A stretch of DNA of 64,000 bases from the human T2T-CHM13v2.0 reference genome, Homo sapiens, in NCBI RefSeq assembly GCF_009914755.1, contig NC_060930.1; one strand, written 5' to 3'. Below the pieces are notes generated by a model that saw nothing but the letters and a program-made list of their open reading frames with translations, made no database searches and was not told where the DNA came from. The stretch's first letter is position 1. Each line of letters opens with the position of its first letter. A program made the translations under genes and the position numbers. Shown one piece after another: positions 1-14,899 of this stretch.

Positions 1-584
1 CAGTGGCTTGGTGGAGCCTGGAGTCCCAGGCATGATGAGGCCTGCCGACCACTTGGAAAGTTCTGAAATTCAGTTATAGTTGACTAATCTAGCGGGGCCC
101 AGGCCCAGGGCAGTTGCTTCAGGTTAGAAAAACCCTCAGGAAAGAGATTTAGAAAACAGATCCCTTCCCTCATCATATCTACTGAGGGGTCATGTACCTG
201 GGGGGATGAATATTTCCAGGTATTTGCCCAGGACACCTCCTTCCAGAGAGAACACCTTGGGGCAGGGAGGAGAAATTTGGCTCCTCACAGCATTTTCCAT
301 AAAACATTAGTCTCACACAATGCCTCTTACAAAAGGAGGTTCCATAGTCAGATAAGTTAGAGAGACTCTGCATTTGGCAGATCCCCATGTGCCATTCTAT
401 CAAAGGCTCTGAAAAGGTCTGCAGTAAACAGTGTCCTGTTTCATATGTGTTTTGCTCAGTGCATCCAAAGCTAGACGATGGAATCAAATTCGTTTTTTAA
501 AATGCAATCATTCCCTGAGCCCAAATCAGCTTCTTTATCTCTAAAAAGGGAATAATTCATTGTTCTGAAGATTCAAGATGCTAA

Positions 585-1030
585 CCATATCTTAGATAAG
601 ACTTTCTTGGTTGCAAGGACAGGATTCATATTAAACATAAAGGGGAATTTATTGAAAAGCTGTTGGGCATCTTTGGGGGCCCCCAGGGCGTGAGTGCATC
701 GTGAGAGCCAAGAACCAGAAGGTGCAGCATATCTTAGTGTCCACACTCCACCCCTTCTCACATCTGCTTCCTCTGTCTTCCTCTGCAGGCTTCCAGGGCT
801 GTGGGGCCAAATGTGCCCTCTCCTGCCCTCATGGCAGCCTCAGTTCCTGAGTTCTCATCATTTCTTCCTTGCTACAATCAGAACTGAGTCTAGCACCCTT
901 CAGGACAAATCCAGATCCCCAGGAGAGACAGCCTGATGAGTTCAGCTTGGAAAGGGTCTGTTCCTGTCCTATCAGCTGTGGCCAGCGTGCCAGGGTCACG
1001 TACCAGTGCGACTGCCACAGCACGGCCCAT
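585..1030 (-). mobile_element. Old MaLR LTR fragment (MLT1K/J-like)
   Basis: 'actttcttggttgcaag...ggggaatttattg' and 'cctatcagctgtggccag...agggtcacgt' resemble reverse-oriented MLT1 LTR motifs. Confidence 0.55.
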
Positions 1031-1274
1031 CTGTCCAGGAGTAGTTCTCAGTCAACGGGCTCCAGCTGGGACTCAGGCTGAATAGATGCCCACAAGGATG
1101 TCTGCTACCACATGTAAAGTGCCCCAAAGCAGGACAAGTGCTCAGCAAGTGTGGCCCGTATGATTAAGGGAATTCTGTGTCTGTCTGAGAAGAAAGTGGC
1201 GATGAGCAATAACAAGGCCTGTCGTCCATCTGGAAGAACTCCAGCCACCCCCCAAACTTTCAGGTGCATAGAAC

Positions 1275-2320
1275 CACCTGGACATAAGACACAAACATTG
1301 TTACCCCAAAAAGGAAAAAAATTATTTGGACTATATTAAAATAAAATATTTGTTTATCAAAATACATCATTAAGAGTAAAAAGGCAAGACAGCAAGTTGA
1401 AGAAGATATTTGCAATACACATAGCCAGGAAAGGACAAGAACCCAGAATATATAAAGAACTCCTATAAATCAGTAAGAAAAAGACAATCTGATTAAAACA
1501 TTGGCAAAAGATCTGAAGAGGCACTTCACAAAAGAGGATGCCCAAATGGCCAATAAACATAAGAAAATGTGCTCAACATCATTAGTCATCAGGGAAATGC
1601 AAGTTGAAGCATAAAATGGTATCACTCCACACCCACAAGCATGGCTGGGATGAAAAGAGAGATGCGCCCAGTGCTGACGAGGATGTGCATCAACTGGAAC
1701 TCTCAGACACTGCAGGTGGGTGTCTAAATTGGTACAGCCACTTTGGAAAATTGTTCAGCTGTATTTGTTAAACCTGAACACAAGCAAATCCTATCTGTGA
1801 TGCCACAATTCTGCTGATCGACATATCTCCATCAGAAATGTATACAAATGTCCACAGAGATACATGTCATCGAATTTTCATGGCAGCCCTCTTTTGATAT
1901 CCCAAAGCTGGAAACAACCCAATGCCCATCAACAGCAGAATGCATACAAATTGTGGTACAATCATAGGCTGGAATGCTACTCAGCATTGAGAATAAACAA
2001 ACCACAACTGCATATAATGGTATGAATGAGTCTCACAAATAATGTCAAGTAAAAAAGAGCCAGACACAGGTGTCTGTATAATTCTATACACGTGAAATTC
2101 AAATGCAGGCAAAACAGAACTGAGCTGTCAGGAGTCAGGATACTGGCCTTGTTTGGACAGCTTAGTAACCGGAAGGGACATGAGGGGTTTGTGAGGGCCT
2201 GTAAATATTCTATTTCTCTACCTGGGTAGACATTAAGCAGATGTGGAGTTTGTGAAAACGCATGGAGCAATTCACCTATTACTTCTACACTTTTCTACAT
2301 TTATGTACCCACTAATATCA
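1275..2320 (+). mobile_element. Old L1 (L1ME-type) ORF2 end and 3'UTR
   Basis: L1 hallmarks 'aaagaactcctataaatcagtaagaaaaagacaa', 'tgctcaacatcattagtcatcagggaaatgcaa', 'ctggaaacaacccaatgcccatcaacag'. Confidence 0.9.
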
Positions 2321-2344
2321 TTTTTTGGGGAAAAAAAAAACCCA

Positions 2345-2490
2345 GGGAGTTTATTCTAAAATGCAGATTCCTATGATCCACTCCCAGAGACTCTGAATCA
2401 CCAGGTCCTGGGCAGTACCTAGGAATCTGCATTTTAATAAGTTCCCTGGGTGATTCTGGTGCAGGCTGAGTCACAATCATGCTTTAAAAG
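2345..2490. mobile_element. MER5-family hAT DNA transposon
   Basis: Internal inverted repeat 'aaaatgcagattcct' / 'aggaatctgcatttt' typical of MER5A/B. Confidence 0.8.
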
Positions 2491-2500
2491 CCTGGCCCTG

Positions 2501-2778
2501 GGCCGGGCGCGGTGGCTCATGCCTGTAATCCCAGCACTTTAGGAGGCTGAGGTGGGTGGATCACCTGAGGTCAGGAGTTTGAGACCAGCCCGGCCAACGT
2601 GGCAAAACTTCATCTCTACTAAAAATACAAAAAATTAGCTCAGCTACTTGAGAGGCTGAGGTAGAAGAATCATTTGAACCCGGGAGGCGGGGGTTGCAGT
2701 GAGCCAAGATTGTGCCACTGCACTCCAGCCTGGGCGACAGAGCGAGACTCCCTTTCAAAAAAAAAAAAAAAAAAAAAA
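2501..2778 (+). mobile_element. AluS (Sx-like) with ~27-nt deletion at start of right arm
   Basis: GGCCGGGCGCGG start, A tail, degenerate TSD aaaagcctggccct/aaaagtcctagccct; 'ttagct|cagctact' lacks the GGGCGTGGTGG...TAATCC segment. Confidence 0.97.
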
Positions 2779-3158
2779 GTCCTAGCCCTGGCCGGTTCTG
2801 GGAAGGTTGGAGCTTGACCATTCTTGGCAGCCCACCCAGTTGGCCTTGGCCTGAGGTGCTGGGGGAATGGTTGAGGGTCCTGAGTAGGAGACGGGGAGGC
2901 TGAAGGGGCAGGCTGAAAGGGACAGGAGGAGCCAGGCACCCAGGGGAGGCTGGGGGAGCCACTGCTCTCCAGAGTGCTCTCAGTAGAACAGACCGCATGT
3001 GTACCCTCAGGCAATGCTTGTCATGTGAAATGACCCTTGGAGGGCCAATCTTTCTCAGGACAGGGTGGGTGACAGAGGGTTCCATTCAATGTCCTAATTA
3101 AGTGACTTTCCAGGCCTCAGTTTGCCTGCTTTAGCATGGAGAGGCCCACTCTTGACAG

Positions 3159-3275
3159 GGTTCTAATTCTGGCTCTGACCCTGAATAGCTGTGTGGCCTT
3201 GTGCCAGTCACCTGCCCTCTCTGGGCCTCAGGTTGTCCACTTGTAAAACAAGGAGTGGGACTATATGACCCTGAC
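3159..3275 (+). mobile_element. MIR fragment
   Basis: MIR core 'ggctctgacc...agctgtgtggccttgtgccagtcacctgccctctctgggcctcag...tgtaaaa'. Confidence 0.8.
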
Positions 3276-4829
3276 CTCTCAGTTTACTGGCCACCTCTGC
3301 ATGGCTCTCCCTTAACCCCGAGCTGAGACTCTCCTCTCATACCTCTTGGAAGGTGCTGCTATTCTTGACAGTACTGGCCATAGAAGCCTATGGTTATGGT
3401 CAGATTCATGTCTATTTTCTCCCTCCTACTTCCTGCCCTGGCCAGCCCTGCCTAAGCTGAATGTGGACTCCTGGAGGGCAGAGCTGGGGTCTTACCCATC
3501 TCTGTCCCCAGCACCATACACAGTAAATCATCCAGGACAGTAAATAAAGCTTCCTGGAGCCTCCCTGCCCTGAGATGCAGAGATTCTGCTTCCTTCTTTT
3601 CTGGGAATAGTACGTGAACACTCCAGTCCCGAGGGACAAGAGGGACTGCTGTGCTTTCCCATCTCCAGCTGGCCTGTGATGTGGCTTCTGGGGGATAAAG
3701 GGATCCAAAGAGGTGTCCCCAGCTCTCCCTCCTGTCCAGAGCCCTGGTAGGCAGGCAGATGGATGAGTGGGTGCTCCTGGCTGTTTCTCTGTTGAGTCCA
3801 TTACAGGGTGAGTTATTAACTCCTGGTTTGGGCAGGGCAACTGGAGCCCTGGGCACCCTTTGGAGCTGACAGGGGCAGGCCTGCTCTAATTGAAGGCTTA
3901 ATGAATGTTCCCAGTGGAGGCCGCAGCCGGTGCCTTCCCTCTGCCATCTGGCCATTTGTCTTTCCCTGGTGGGATCCCCTCTGCCTACCCAGGGAACCTC
4001 GACTGCTACTGCTCCTCCTTCTGGGGCCTGAGCACTGTCTCCATCACCCCAGGGGCCCCTTCTTTGGCCCCGCTGCCGGGTCCTGTGCCCCGGGGTCACT
4101 CTTCATTCTTCAGCCTTCAAGGCTACTCCAAGCTTTGGATGTTTCCACACAGGCCTCAGGGCCTTGCCAGATACACCTGCGTGGCCCACCAGAGTGTTCC
4201 AGAGGTGGGCAGGTAGACAGGGCTAATTACTCTCAGCTGGTCTTCCAGGTTGCTCCTAGGGACTCAGGGTGTCAATCTTCACACCCCACCACTATTTGCA
4301 TGAACAAGGCACCTCCTCAGCCCAAGTTCCAGAACTGAGTAGATGGTACTGGGAGGTCAGCTGGCTCTAGAGGTGTTGCCCAAAGGTGACCCTTCCCAGA
4401 CACGGAGTGGTGTAGATGGTGGAGGGAACTAAAGTCAGGGAGCTCCTACAACGAGCCAGGTGCCAAGCTGGGGCTGTGCATCCATCATCAGATCTCAACA
4501 CTCAGCAACGTCTTGGGGAGCCACATGGTCCCATCTTATAGGCAGGGAAGCGGGAGTGCAGGGCGGTAACCCGTTTGATCAATACCCTACTGTTGGCAAG
4601 CAGGGACTCTGGATTGGCTGCTCTGGAGCCCAGGCAGCCTCCCGATTAAAGGCAGCTGAGCTGGCATTGCCATTCTGGGGCACTTCTCCAGGAATGAGGA
4701 TTGGAAATGAGTCTGTGATCTTGCAGTTTCCTGCGTTATTTTTTCCTCCACACCTGACTTGCCTGCTCAGCCCCTACAGGGTGGGAAGGAGGCAGTGTGG
4801 TGCCATGGGAGAGCCTTGGGTGGACTGTC

Positions 4830-5140
4830 AGGGGACTTGGTCTCTTGCTCTGCTCTGCCACTGACCTTAGCCTTTCCCCTTGGGCCTCAGTCTTCTAATC
4901 TGCAAAATGGAGGTGAACGATCTCTGAGCTGCCCACCTCTCGAGACGCTGTGGGGCTCCTGTGAGGCCATGTGCTGTCAGAGGAGTGCCTGTGGAGGGGC
5001 CACCATCCCCCGGCACCTTCCAGGCCTCCTGCTGCCCACCGCCACCTGGAGACTCCAGAGCCACAGGGACCTGAGCTCCACAGCCAACTCTGCTACTTAT
5101 TCCTGTGTGACCTTAGATATGTCACCTAATCCCTCAGACC
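4830..5140 (+). mobile_element. MIR fragments
   Basis: 'gggcctcagtcttctaatctgcaaaatgg' and 'tctgctacttattcctgtgtgaccttaga'. Confidence 0.65.
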
Positions 5141-7639
5141 CTGCCCTGGGGAGAGGGGGTGGTGGACCCAGACCTCATCCTAGGGAGGGCTTTGCTGATG
5201 GTTAGGTGCTGGACACTCCCGCGCCCAGGGCCAGAGCTGGGACGGGTGTGGGCTGGGGAGATTGGTGTCAGGGTTTGGTTTAGGGACTGAAATTCAACCG
5301 GAATTGGGGTAGAACCTCCTGGTCAAATTCCTGTCAAATTCAAGACCTGAAGGAAGCTTTCAGCCAGGGTTGGGATATATGTTCTGAGAGCTGCTTGGTT
5401 AAGAACTGGGGTCAGGGCCGGGTTGGGGGCTGCATGAGTGGGTGCTGTGTTGAAGGCCAGGACTTGAGCCGTGGCAGTGCAGAAAGGAGGGAAAATGAGA
5501 GTAGGGAGTGTGAGCTCCGGTCCCAGCTCTGCCCTGACCCACCCTGGGCCAGACATTTTGCGACTCTCAGCCTTAGCCTCAGACTCAGCCTTCTCATCTG
5601 TGAGGTCATCACTCTGCCCTGCAGCTCTCATAGAACCCTGGCTGCCATGCTATCCCGCAGTTCCTCATTAGGCTCACTGCTAATGCTCTCCAAGTTATGG
5701 TCTTTAATCATAACAAAGAGAGAATTGATGCCAAATTAGCATAAGCTACAAGCAGCTATTAGCTGGGAAATATGTAAATTCTATATTTGTGTCAGGCATT
5801 AGGTTTCTCCTGCTTTCCAGGTAAAATCAGCCCCTTCCAGTTGTGCCCTAGATTACATAGAAGTTTGTCCTCATGGGCGGGATTCTGGCTGCAGACACTT
5901 CCTTTACCCCACTCCTTCTGAGCCCTGGGGCTGGGAGAGGGAACCAGAGCTGCCTCCCAGTCTCCTGAGAGGCTGTGGGGAGGACCCCCCCGCCCCCGAT
6001 CACTGCTACCACCTCTCTGCTCCACCAGCACCTCCCAGGACCTCTGGAGACCCTTCCTGCGGTAGTTTGAGCTATTAAATGGGACCATCGCAGCATCCAG
6101 ACCCAGGGTGACCGGCACTATGCAGTAACTGTTCTAGCCACTCTATCCCCTCTGCTGGTGCAGCTTCTAGCCAGAGAACCCTGAGGTGAGGGAGGAGAGC
6201 TGGGCTGGGTGCCTGTTCCTCCCTTCCAGCACCTGGCATGCTAGTGACATGTGCACTTTGCTAAGAGACCTGCCAAGCTGTGTCACGCAGCCTGTCAGCC
6301 TCTCAAAGCCACTCTTGGGGTGTGGGGGGGGAGGTGACCCTGGGCTCCACTGACAGAAGCCATGAAAAAACAGACTTTCTTTCTGGTCCCGAGTCCAAGG
6401 TATGGGGCCTACCCCAACTTCTGCTCAGGGCTTTAGACCTGCCCCTTCTCCTGACAGAGACAGATGACAGGCGATGTGAGAATGATCTTCCTCTCTCTTG
6501 CCTGGAAGCCCCTGAATTGTTTGCTTCTCCATGGGGGTTCTGATATCATCACTCAGGGTGGCGGCTCTCAGAGCGCACTCCCAGGAGCCCAGCATAGTCA
6601 CCTGGCTCCAGCTGAGAGGCCTCCCTGGGTCGCTCCGGCCACAAGGTCTTTGTCCTGGAGGCTTGCTCTGCCTGGAAGGCTATTGCCCCAAGTATCAATT
6701 CTTAGGTCCACTTTCAGGGGCTCTGGGGCAGAAATGAGCTACCCTAAATCCACAAAGATTCCTTCTGGCCAGTGGTGGTGGTGGCCCCGGGAGCCATGTG
6801 AGCCCAGCTGCAGCAATTGATTCAGGGGCATCATCACGTCTCTAAACCAGACGCCAACTGAGTGTCAGCCAACGGAGTGGGCTTCATATACCTGCACCAA
6901 CCCCGGCATCACTGGCCCGGTCGCCTCAGCCTTCACATCTGTGATGGTGATGGGTCCCTGAGCTCCTTCGGGCCCTGACATTCCAAGTCAAGAGACCAGC
7001 TGGGATTAGACCAGCAAAACTTAGGCACAGAATGGGAAGGATCTGATGGGAGGGGTGAAGGGGGTGCTAGAGTGGGAGGTTTGGGGTTTGGGGGTGGTGG
7101 TAGGAGGGCAGCCCGAGGCCCATAGGTGGGGAGGTGAGGTCGAGGACACCCTCTGTCTTGCCTCACCATTGTGTTTGGGACTCATGGGACGTCTCTCACC
7201 TTTTTCCCAGCAGGCGAGTGGCTTCCAGCCTGAGGAACCTGGGCTGTGCCCTGAGCAGACACTAGGGGACACTGGGCTCCTTGCAAACTTGGCTGAATTT
7301 ACATTCCAGGAAGGGCAGATGGGGAGGGGCAAGTTCAGGTCCTGCTTTCTGGGGTGGGTGGGCCTGGCTGGCCAGCGTCCTAGTGGGAGGCAAGCAGCCG
7401 GCTCCCTGCCCCAGGGCCTCTGCCTGCCGGACCCCTAACCACGCCCATGTGGGAGTGGACTTGGCTCATCCCAGCTGCCTGGAGGCACCAGCCTTGGGTC
7501 ATCCCTGGTGGGGATGAAGCACCCTGAGGCTCAGGGGCTCAGATAGGGTGAGGGGAGATATGGGGGCAAGGCTGGGGTGAAAGCAGCCACCTCGCCCAGA
7601 GGGCGCCTTGCCCTACAGGTGCTGGAGCATTCGTGTTTA

Positions 7640-8074
<435 letters not shown>

Positions 8075-8824
8075 TCAATTACAAACTGGGGCTCAATAAC
8101 TGAAAAGGAATTTCTGTTCTGCTCTTGGGGTAAAGCCATGTGGGAGAAAGAATCTGGGTGCCCAGTGCTGGCTTTTCCAGGACATGTCAAGGGTAATGGG
8201 GGCAAGAGAAGGATATTGAGGGCCCTGACTCTTGTCCACTGGACCCTGCCTCCAGCCTCATGGGGAGGCCCTCACTGCTGGGGCTAGACCCTTTGCTCTC
8301 AAGGAATGGGAGAGAGGGTGGTTCAGGTTCAGGGTGACCCCTCACCCCTGCAGAGAGCCAACAGGTCATGCTGAGCTCCTGCTGGCCCTGACATTCTCCT
8401 CAGGGTGCTCCCGAATGGAGATGAGCCCAGGCCATGGCCCAGCCCCTCTGCTTTGGAGCCAGTCATGGCTGGGTACTTGGGGCCCACTACGTCTGCTGCC
8501 AACAGCCCTGGCCTGGGGGGCCCACGGAACTCCTAGGGACTCCTCAGGCACCTTGCTCTGCACTGTCTACTGGCCCTAGCCTGGTGTTTGAGCATCCGGT
8601 CTGAGCCCCTCTCTGTGTGGAATTATCTCCCTCTAAGATAGGGCCTGACGGTTCAACCGTCTCCCTCTTACCTGGAAAGCACAGCTGCCAAGCTTTTCAC
8701 ACGTAGCTGCTAGCTCAGGGCTCCAAGCACAGGGGACCTGAGTGAGTGGTGGGTGCAGGGAGGTTCTGCGGTCATCCTGCCTGGCTGTAAGCCCTAGCAC
8801 TGCTCCTTAGAGCTGAGGGTTGGA

Positions 8825-9528
<704 letters not shown>

Positions 9529-10009
9529 TTAGCACATAACTGGTCTTCAACATCAGCTCCTCTTACCCTCCTTCCTTCCCCCGACCCAGAATCTTAACAT
9601 AGCCTACCTGGTCCCCTCTTGCCACTGTGCCTCAGCTCATCTCACTGTCTGGTCCCTGAGTCCTGCCACACTCGTCCATTCTCGGGCTGCCACAAGTCAT
9701 GACTGCCCCTGCCTCCTGCAGATGCCCGGAGCCTCACCATTGAGCTTCTTGTATTCATTCATAGCGCCTGCCTCCCTGCGCTGTTTTGAAATCAGATGAG
9801 ACAACAGGTGGGAAAGCTCTTTGCCAACCGTGGAGGGCTCTCAGCACATGCCAGGAGTTAAGATGCTGCCTGTATTGGATGCACCAGGGGCGGAGAGGAT
9901 ATGCCTGCGGCTCCCTCGGCACAGAGCCCTCTGAAGCAATGTCCTTGGCCCTCACCCCCGTCTGAGCTGGTCTGGAGGCTGCTCCCCGCCCGTGCTCTTG
10001 CCTCTCCAT

Positions 10010-10047
10010 TCTAAATGCCATTTCCCCCATCTAAATGCCATTTCCCC
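10010..10047. repeat. 20-bp tandem duplication
   Basis: tctaaatgccatttcccc occurs twice with period 20. Confidence 0.9.
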
Positions 10048-13000
10048 TGTCTGGGCTGGAGCCGCTGCCTGCTGTCTGAGGCGGCTGGAAATTTCTCAAA
10101 TGTCGGTTTGATTTATGGCTCTAGTTAATTCTCGAGGAGGCCCGTGAGATGCCCTGAGCTCTGGAGCCTCAATGGGATAAATCATTTAACAGGTGGTTAA
10201 ATATTCTTTAAGGTCTGGGGAGCACAGGCAGGGTTTAGATTTGGGGAGGGGACCAGGCCGGGGGAGAATTGGCACATTTCTAAATGGAAATAGGGAAAAC
10301 ATTGCGTCCACTTCAGGACCTGTGGAAGCAATTTGTCATAAGCCGTGGCTGGAGGCAGCACCTGTGGGCTCCTTCCTGCCCTCAGGCCCGGGAGGCTGGG
10401 GCTCCTGAATACTGGGGAGGGGCAGAGGCAGCTGGCTACAGGTGGGATGGGTTGGCCCCTGCCAGCTGTGCACTCCAGCTGTGTGGTCTCCCAGTTGGGA
10501 GGTGTCCACAGGACCCAGAAGCTTCCAGGTGGAAGTGAGGGTTCTGACACCACCAAACTCAGGGCCAGCCTCCAAGGTGGATGTCTGACACAGCCCACCA
10601 GTCTAGGAGGTAGGCAACGGGGAGGCCTGGAGCAAACGGATGCCACGTGTCCTGCCTGACGGCAGCAAATATGAAATCACACGGGGCAGCCAAATAGAGC
10701 AGAGCTGGGCTGTCACTTTGAGACCCCAGAATCATGTATACCTTCTACTGCACATCTGCAGGGAGCTTTATGACTTTAAGCCCCATTCCCATCTTTGATA
10801 ACATCTAACCTGCGCACAGGAACCAAGGTCAGCAGGGGTCATACCTGTTGTCCAAGGTATGAACGGGCTCAGAGACGCTGAAATCCTACCTGAGTTAGCA
10901 AAGCTGGGTAGACACCAAATGGAATCCACACGGGGGCCTGAGAGGATACAGCTCACCCACAGGGAGAAAGCCCCAGGGGAATCAGGAAGGGGCCCTAGAG
11001 GTCACCAGGCCCAAAATGTCCATTTTCCAGGTGAGGGCAGGGAGGGGAGTGGTGGAGAAGGGAATGAAACCCCAGAAAGGAGGCCCGAGGGTGGGTCCCT
11101 GCCTGCCCCCAGCTGAGTCCTCCCCTCCAGATCTCAGTTCCTGTAAAGGAAGGTTGCTAGTACTGTCTGAGGAAGGTGTGAAAGGGAAATGGTAGTCCAG
11201 CCGGGAAGGAAGGAAGCAGTAAGAGTTCCCCAAACAACCTCCCCTCCCTCCCTGGCCCCAGACTGCACCCTGAGCTCAGTTCTTCCTGGTCTCCCCAACT
11301 CCCTTCTGTCCAGCGCAGCCCTGAGGTGCCAGGTCCAGTGACACAAGGCTCTGTGCTGTGAGGATGCATTCCTCTGGAGTGGGCCAAGGTCCACTGGCTG
11401 GGGAGGATCTGAATAGGCCTAGGCTTCAGAGCGCTCCCTGGGCTGAGCTTGGACCTCGGGTCCAGAGAGACCATCTCCAGAGAGGAAGGTTGGCTTCAGG
11501 GCTGCCCAGCTGGTGCAGATGGGGTCTGGGCCTCTCCAAGAGTGACTCCCACCTGCAGCTCTCTGACCAGACCAGAAACCCGCAGGAAGAGCTGGCGTGA
11601 GCCCAGGGCCCCATGCAGGTACAGAGTGGGCTGCCCTCTTCTGTGTAGCTGCCTCCTGCTTCCCATCAAAAGGCTACAAGGAAGGAGGTTGTTGTTTAGG
11701 TGGATAAACTGGACCCATGGCTGACAGCGGCCTCTGAGGTTACAGTGGAACCTCCCCTCAGGTAGTTCTGAGGCTGGGGAGGCAGTGGGAGAAGCTCAGG
11801 GGTAGGGGTGGCACTTGCTTTCAGGACACAGCACTTTCCTCTGCTCTGGCAAGCCCTCGGGGGCCCTGGAGCAGCCATGGACAAGTGCCGGGGTGGGGAA
11901 AGGGGCTGAGAGATCTCTGGGGCATCCTCCCTACCTGCTGCAGCCCTGAGCATGGGGAGGGCTGGGGACAGGGGTGACAGGCACATGCCACACTGCAGTG
12001 CCCACATCCGCCTCTCCACCCCACTGAGGCCTCTCTCTGCGGTTGCCTGCTGTGGTCTGGTTTGAGTTTATCACGCTTGTGGCTAGCTCCTGTGGCAGGG
12101 TGAGGTCTCAAGCCCTGTATCCCCTGGGCTCCCCTGATGTTGGGCTGGGTCCTGGTAGATGCCCCACAGGTATTTAACACTCATGTCAGAGCATGCCACC
12201 TAGCCCAGATGCATTGCCAAGACCAGAGAGGGCAAGGGAGGGGCCCAGAGTCCCCCAGGCAGCTGGCCCAAGACCCCCTGGGCCCGGCCAGGGCTGGGGT
12301 GGGAGAGGAACCAGTCCCTCTGGATGTGCAGTGGGAGGCAGCACCACGTGCTCCCCGTCCCCCCAGTCTGGGCACCTGCATCCTCCGAGCTGCCCCATCA
12401 CTCTCCCCCTTATGACAAATGGAGGATGAATAATTCACGGGTGGCTCTGGCTTTATGAAGTATTCATCCCTCCCTGGCCTCCAGAGTAATTAACTATCTG
12501 GCCAGCACACTGAGTATCTGTAACAGCCCATTAGCAGCGCCTTGCCCTACGTCAAACTGCCTCTCTGGCTGGCCCAGGGTGGATGGGGTCTTGGTTCCAC
12601 AGCCTGGGTTCTCAGCCTAGAGCCAACTATTGGATTTTGCAACGAGCTGGAGGGTTGCAGATTAGATGCCTTTATGGGCTTCCAGAGGGAACGGTTGAGG
12701 TTAAGGAGGGTTTTCCGCCTCTGGGGCTAGCAGGGACTTTAGAGATCTTTCTCCATGTGTAGCTGAAGGGGTCCGGAGTGGGGAGGTTGCTGGCTCCAAA
12801 CTTCATGCTAGTCAGTGGCAGATGAGGGAGCCCCAGTCCAGTGCTCTAGGCACTAATGAGGCTTCCTGCCCCTTCCCTCGTCTTGCTCCAAGTGCAAGAA
12901 TGTCTCCAAAGGGGTGCTGAGAGACCGGAGACTACCCCTTTACCTTGCCCCAGGCCGCCCACCCCAAGGTGCCTGGGAAGGGGGTCTGGCCTAGTGGTAG

Positions 13001-13514
13001 GGAGCAGGGATACAGCAGAAGTGCCTAGTATTTCCCTGACCAGAGGCTGACTCAGCAGGGCATCAGGACTGGCTGCCCTCCCCAGCCCCCTCCACACCTG
13101 AATCCACTCACTCAGCACTTCCCACTTCCCTACCGGGTTCTATGGGCACCATCCCTGTCTTCCTGGAGCACTGGTGGGCACTGGGCAGGCTGGCAGCTCA
13201 GAGACCCAGAGCTAGGGTGGAGGGGGCACCGGGGCCCGCAGGAGTCAGAGGTCAGGCCCAGGAAGGAAGTGGGCAGCCAACAGCTTCCCTCATTCTGGCT
13301 GAGGGCCCACAGCCAGCCTGGAGTTTTTGGCTGATGTTTGGGATCCGTTTCCCCAGCTGGAGCCAAAAGGATGGGGAATGAGGGGGAAGAAGCCTACTCA
13401 TCTCTCTTTTATTTTTATTTTTTTTTGATACATATTTTTTTGGCAACTCTTGAACCAGAATAGGTTCAGAGACACTCCCTGCCTAGTCATCTTTTAAAGC
13501 TCAGCCCACAGTGA

Positions 13515-13726
13515 TAGCCTGGGGTGGGAGTTGGGGGATAGTGACTGCAAAGGGGCGGGAGAGAACTTTCCGGAGGGAACTTTCTGGGGGAGATGGAATT
13601 GCTCTATATCTCGACTGGCATGGTGAGTACCCAGGTATCCACATTTGTTAAAGTTCATCCAACTGTTCACTTAAAATGGGTACATTTTATTATTTATAAA
13701 TCATACCCCCAGTAAATCAATTTAAA
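13515..13726 (+). mobile_element. L1M 3'-end fragment
   Basis: 'gggaactttctgggggagatggaattgctctatatctcgact...catttgttaaagttcatccaactgttcacttaaaatgggtacattttatt'. Confidence 0.85.
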
Positions 13727-14014
13727 CAAGAGCTCTGCCCAAGGTCATCCCCTCCAGGAAGCCATTCCGGGTGCCCAGGCTAGGCTAAGAGCCCTCTGCT
13801 CGGCTCCAGCAGGACCCTAGACCACTCCTGCCTCAACATTAACCAGCCTGGATTATTAATATCCGATCGTGGCAGCCTCCTGTGGCCTGTGGCCCTTTCC
13901 CCTTGGAATCCCCAAGCCCCAGCGGTGCCGGGCATGCGGGAGGCACACTGGTATTGATGTGCATGGGGAGTGAGCATGGTGTGAGCATGCCTCCTCTTTC
14001 TTGGGCTTCGAGGT

Positions 14015-14200
14015 AAGAATTTGGAGTCAGACAAACCTGGGTTCAAATCCCACTTCTGCCACTCACTGACTGGGTGGCCTTAGGTAAGTGACTTGCTCTT
14101 TTTTGAGCCTCAAGGAGAGATGCTAATGAGCTGACCTCCCAGACGGGTGTGAGGCTTAGAGGTATTAATGCAAGCACTCAGCACTGCCCCGGAAGGCACC
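14015..14200 (+). mobile_element. MIR
   Basis: 'ttggagtcagacaaacctgggttcaaatcccacttctgccactcact...ccttaggtaagtgactt'. Confidence 0.85.
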
Positions 14201-14219
14201 ACTAAAGTGCTACCCTGCT

Positions 14220-14405
14220 CTCTACGCCAGGCCTCCTTCCAAAGGCCTTTCTTGCATGAACTCATATAGGACTCACTGCCACTTTGTCATTGTTGCTATC
14301 CCCATTCGATGTGTGAGGTAATGGAAGCACAGGGTGGCCGAGCCCTTTGCCCAGAGCTGAGCTGGTGGAGGCGGTGGGGTGCACGCTCAGGCAGTCTGGC
14401 TCCAG
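14220..14405 (-). mobile_element. MIR (reverse)
   Basis: 'tatccccattcgatgtgtgaggtaatggaagcacagg...ttgcccagag...caggcagtctggctccag'. Confidence 0.6.
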
Positions 14406-14899
14406 TCAGTCCATGCGGCTGCTCTACTGTGTCCAATGGATGGCAGCTGCTATTTGTGTTATATTATTTCTCCTTCCCCGGTCACCAGAACCAACTCCAG
14501 TCTTTAAGTTCACGGTGACAGTTAATGGGAAGCTTGCTCAGGCAAGATCTTCTCACCACAGCGTTTCTGAGTGGAAAACAGGCTGGGCCCCACTGCAGGC
14601 AAACGCCCTCATGTTGACAGGAGCCAGGCAGATTAGCTACGTGGACGGTTCAGCTCAATTCCCAAACATTTAGCCAACACCAACGAGGTGCCAGGCAGTA
14701 TGCTAGCACCAGGGAGCAGAGGAGGGCTGGGAAGATGGAGGACACACCCTGGGCCTGTCCTGGAGGGGCAGAGTATACCCAAGAGGGCCGCCATACCCCA
14801 GCCATACTCCAGTTTCTCGTTTAACCCTCACCTGGTCTAGGCTTTGGAGGGGATGTTTGTCATTCTCTTTGACCACTCAGACCCTAAGAAGTTGGAGGA

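Noticed and set aside
2561-3085. 174-aa ORF and similar ORFs near 7637, 9196 and 23106
   Set aside because: These are antisense Alu translations (e.g. LSPRLECSG).
5800-5830. Polypyrimidine-CAG|GTAAAA resembling a recursive splice site
   Set aside because: The donor is weak and there is no evidence of a host transcript.
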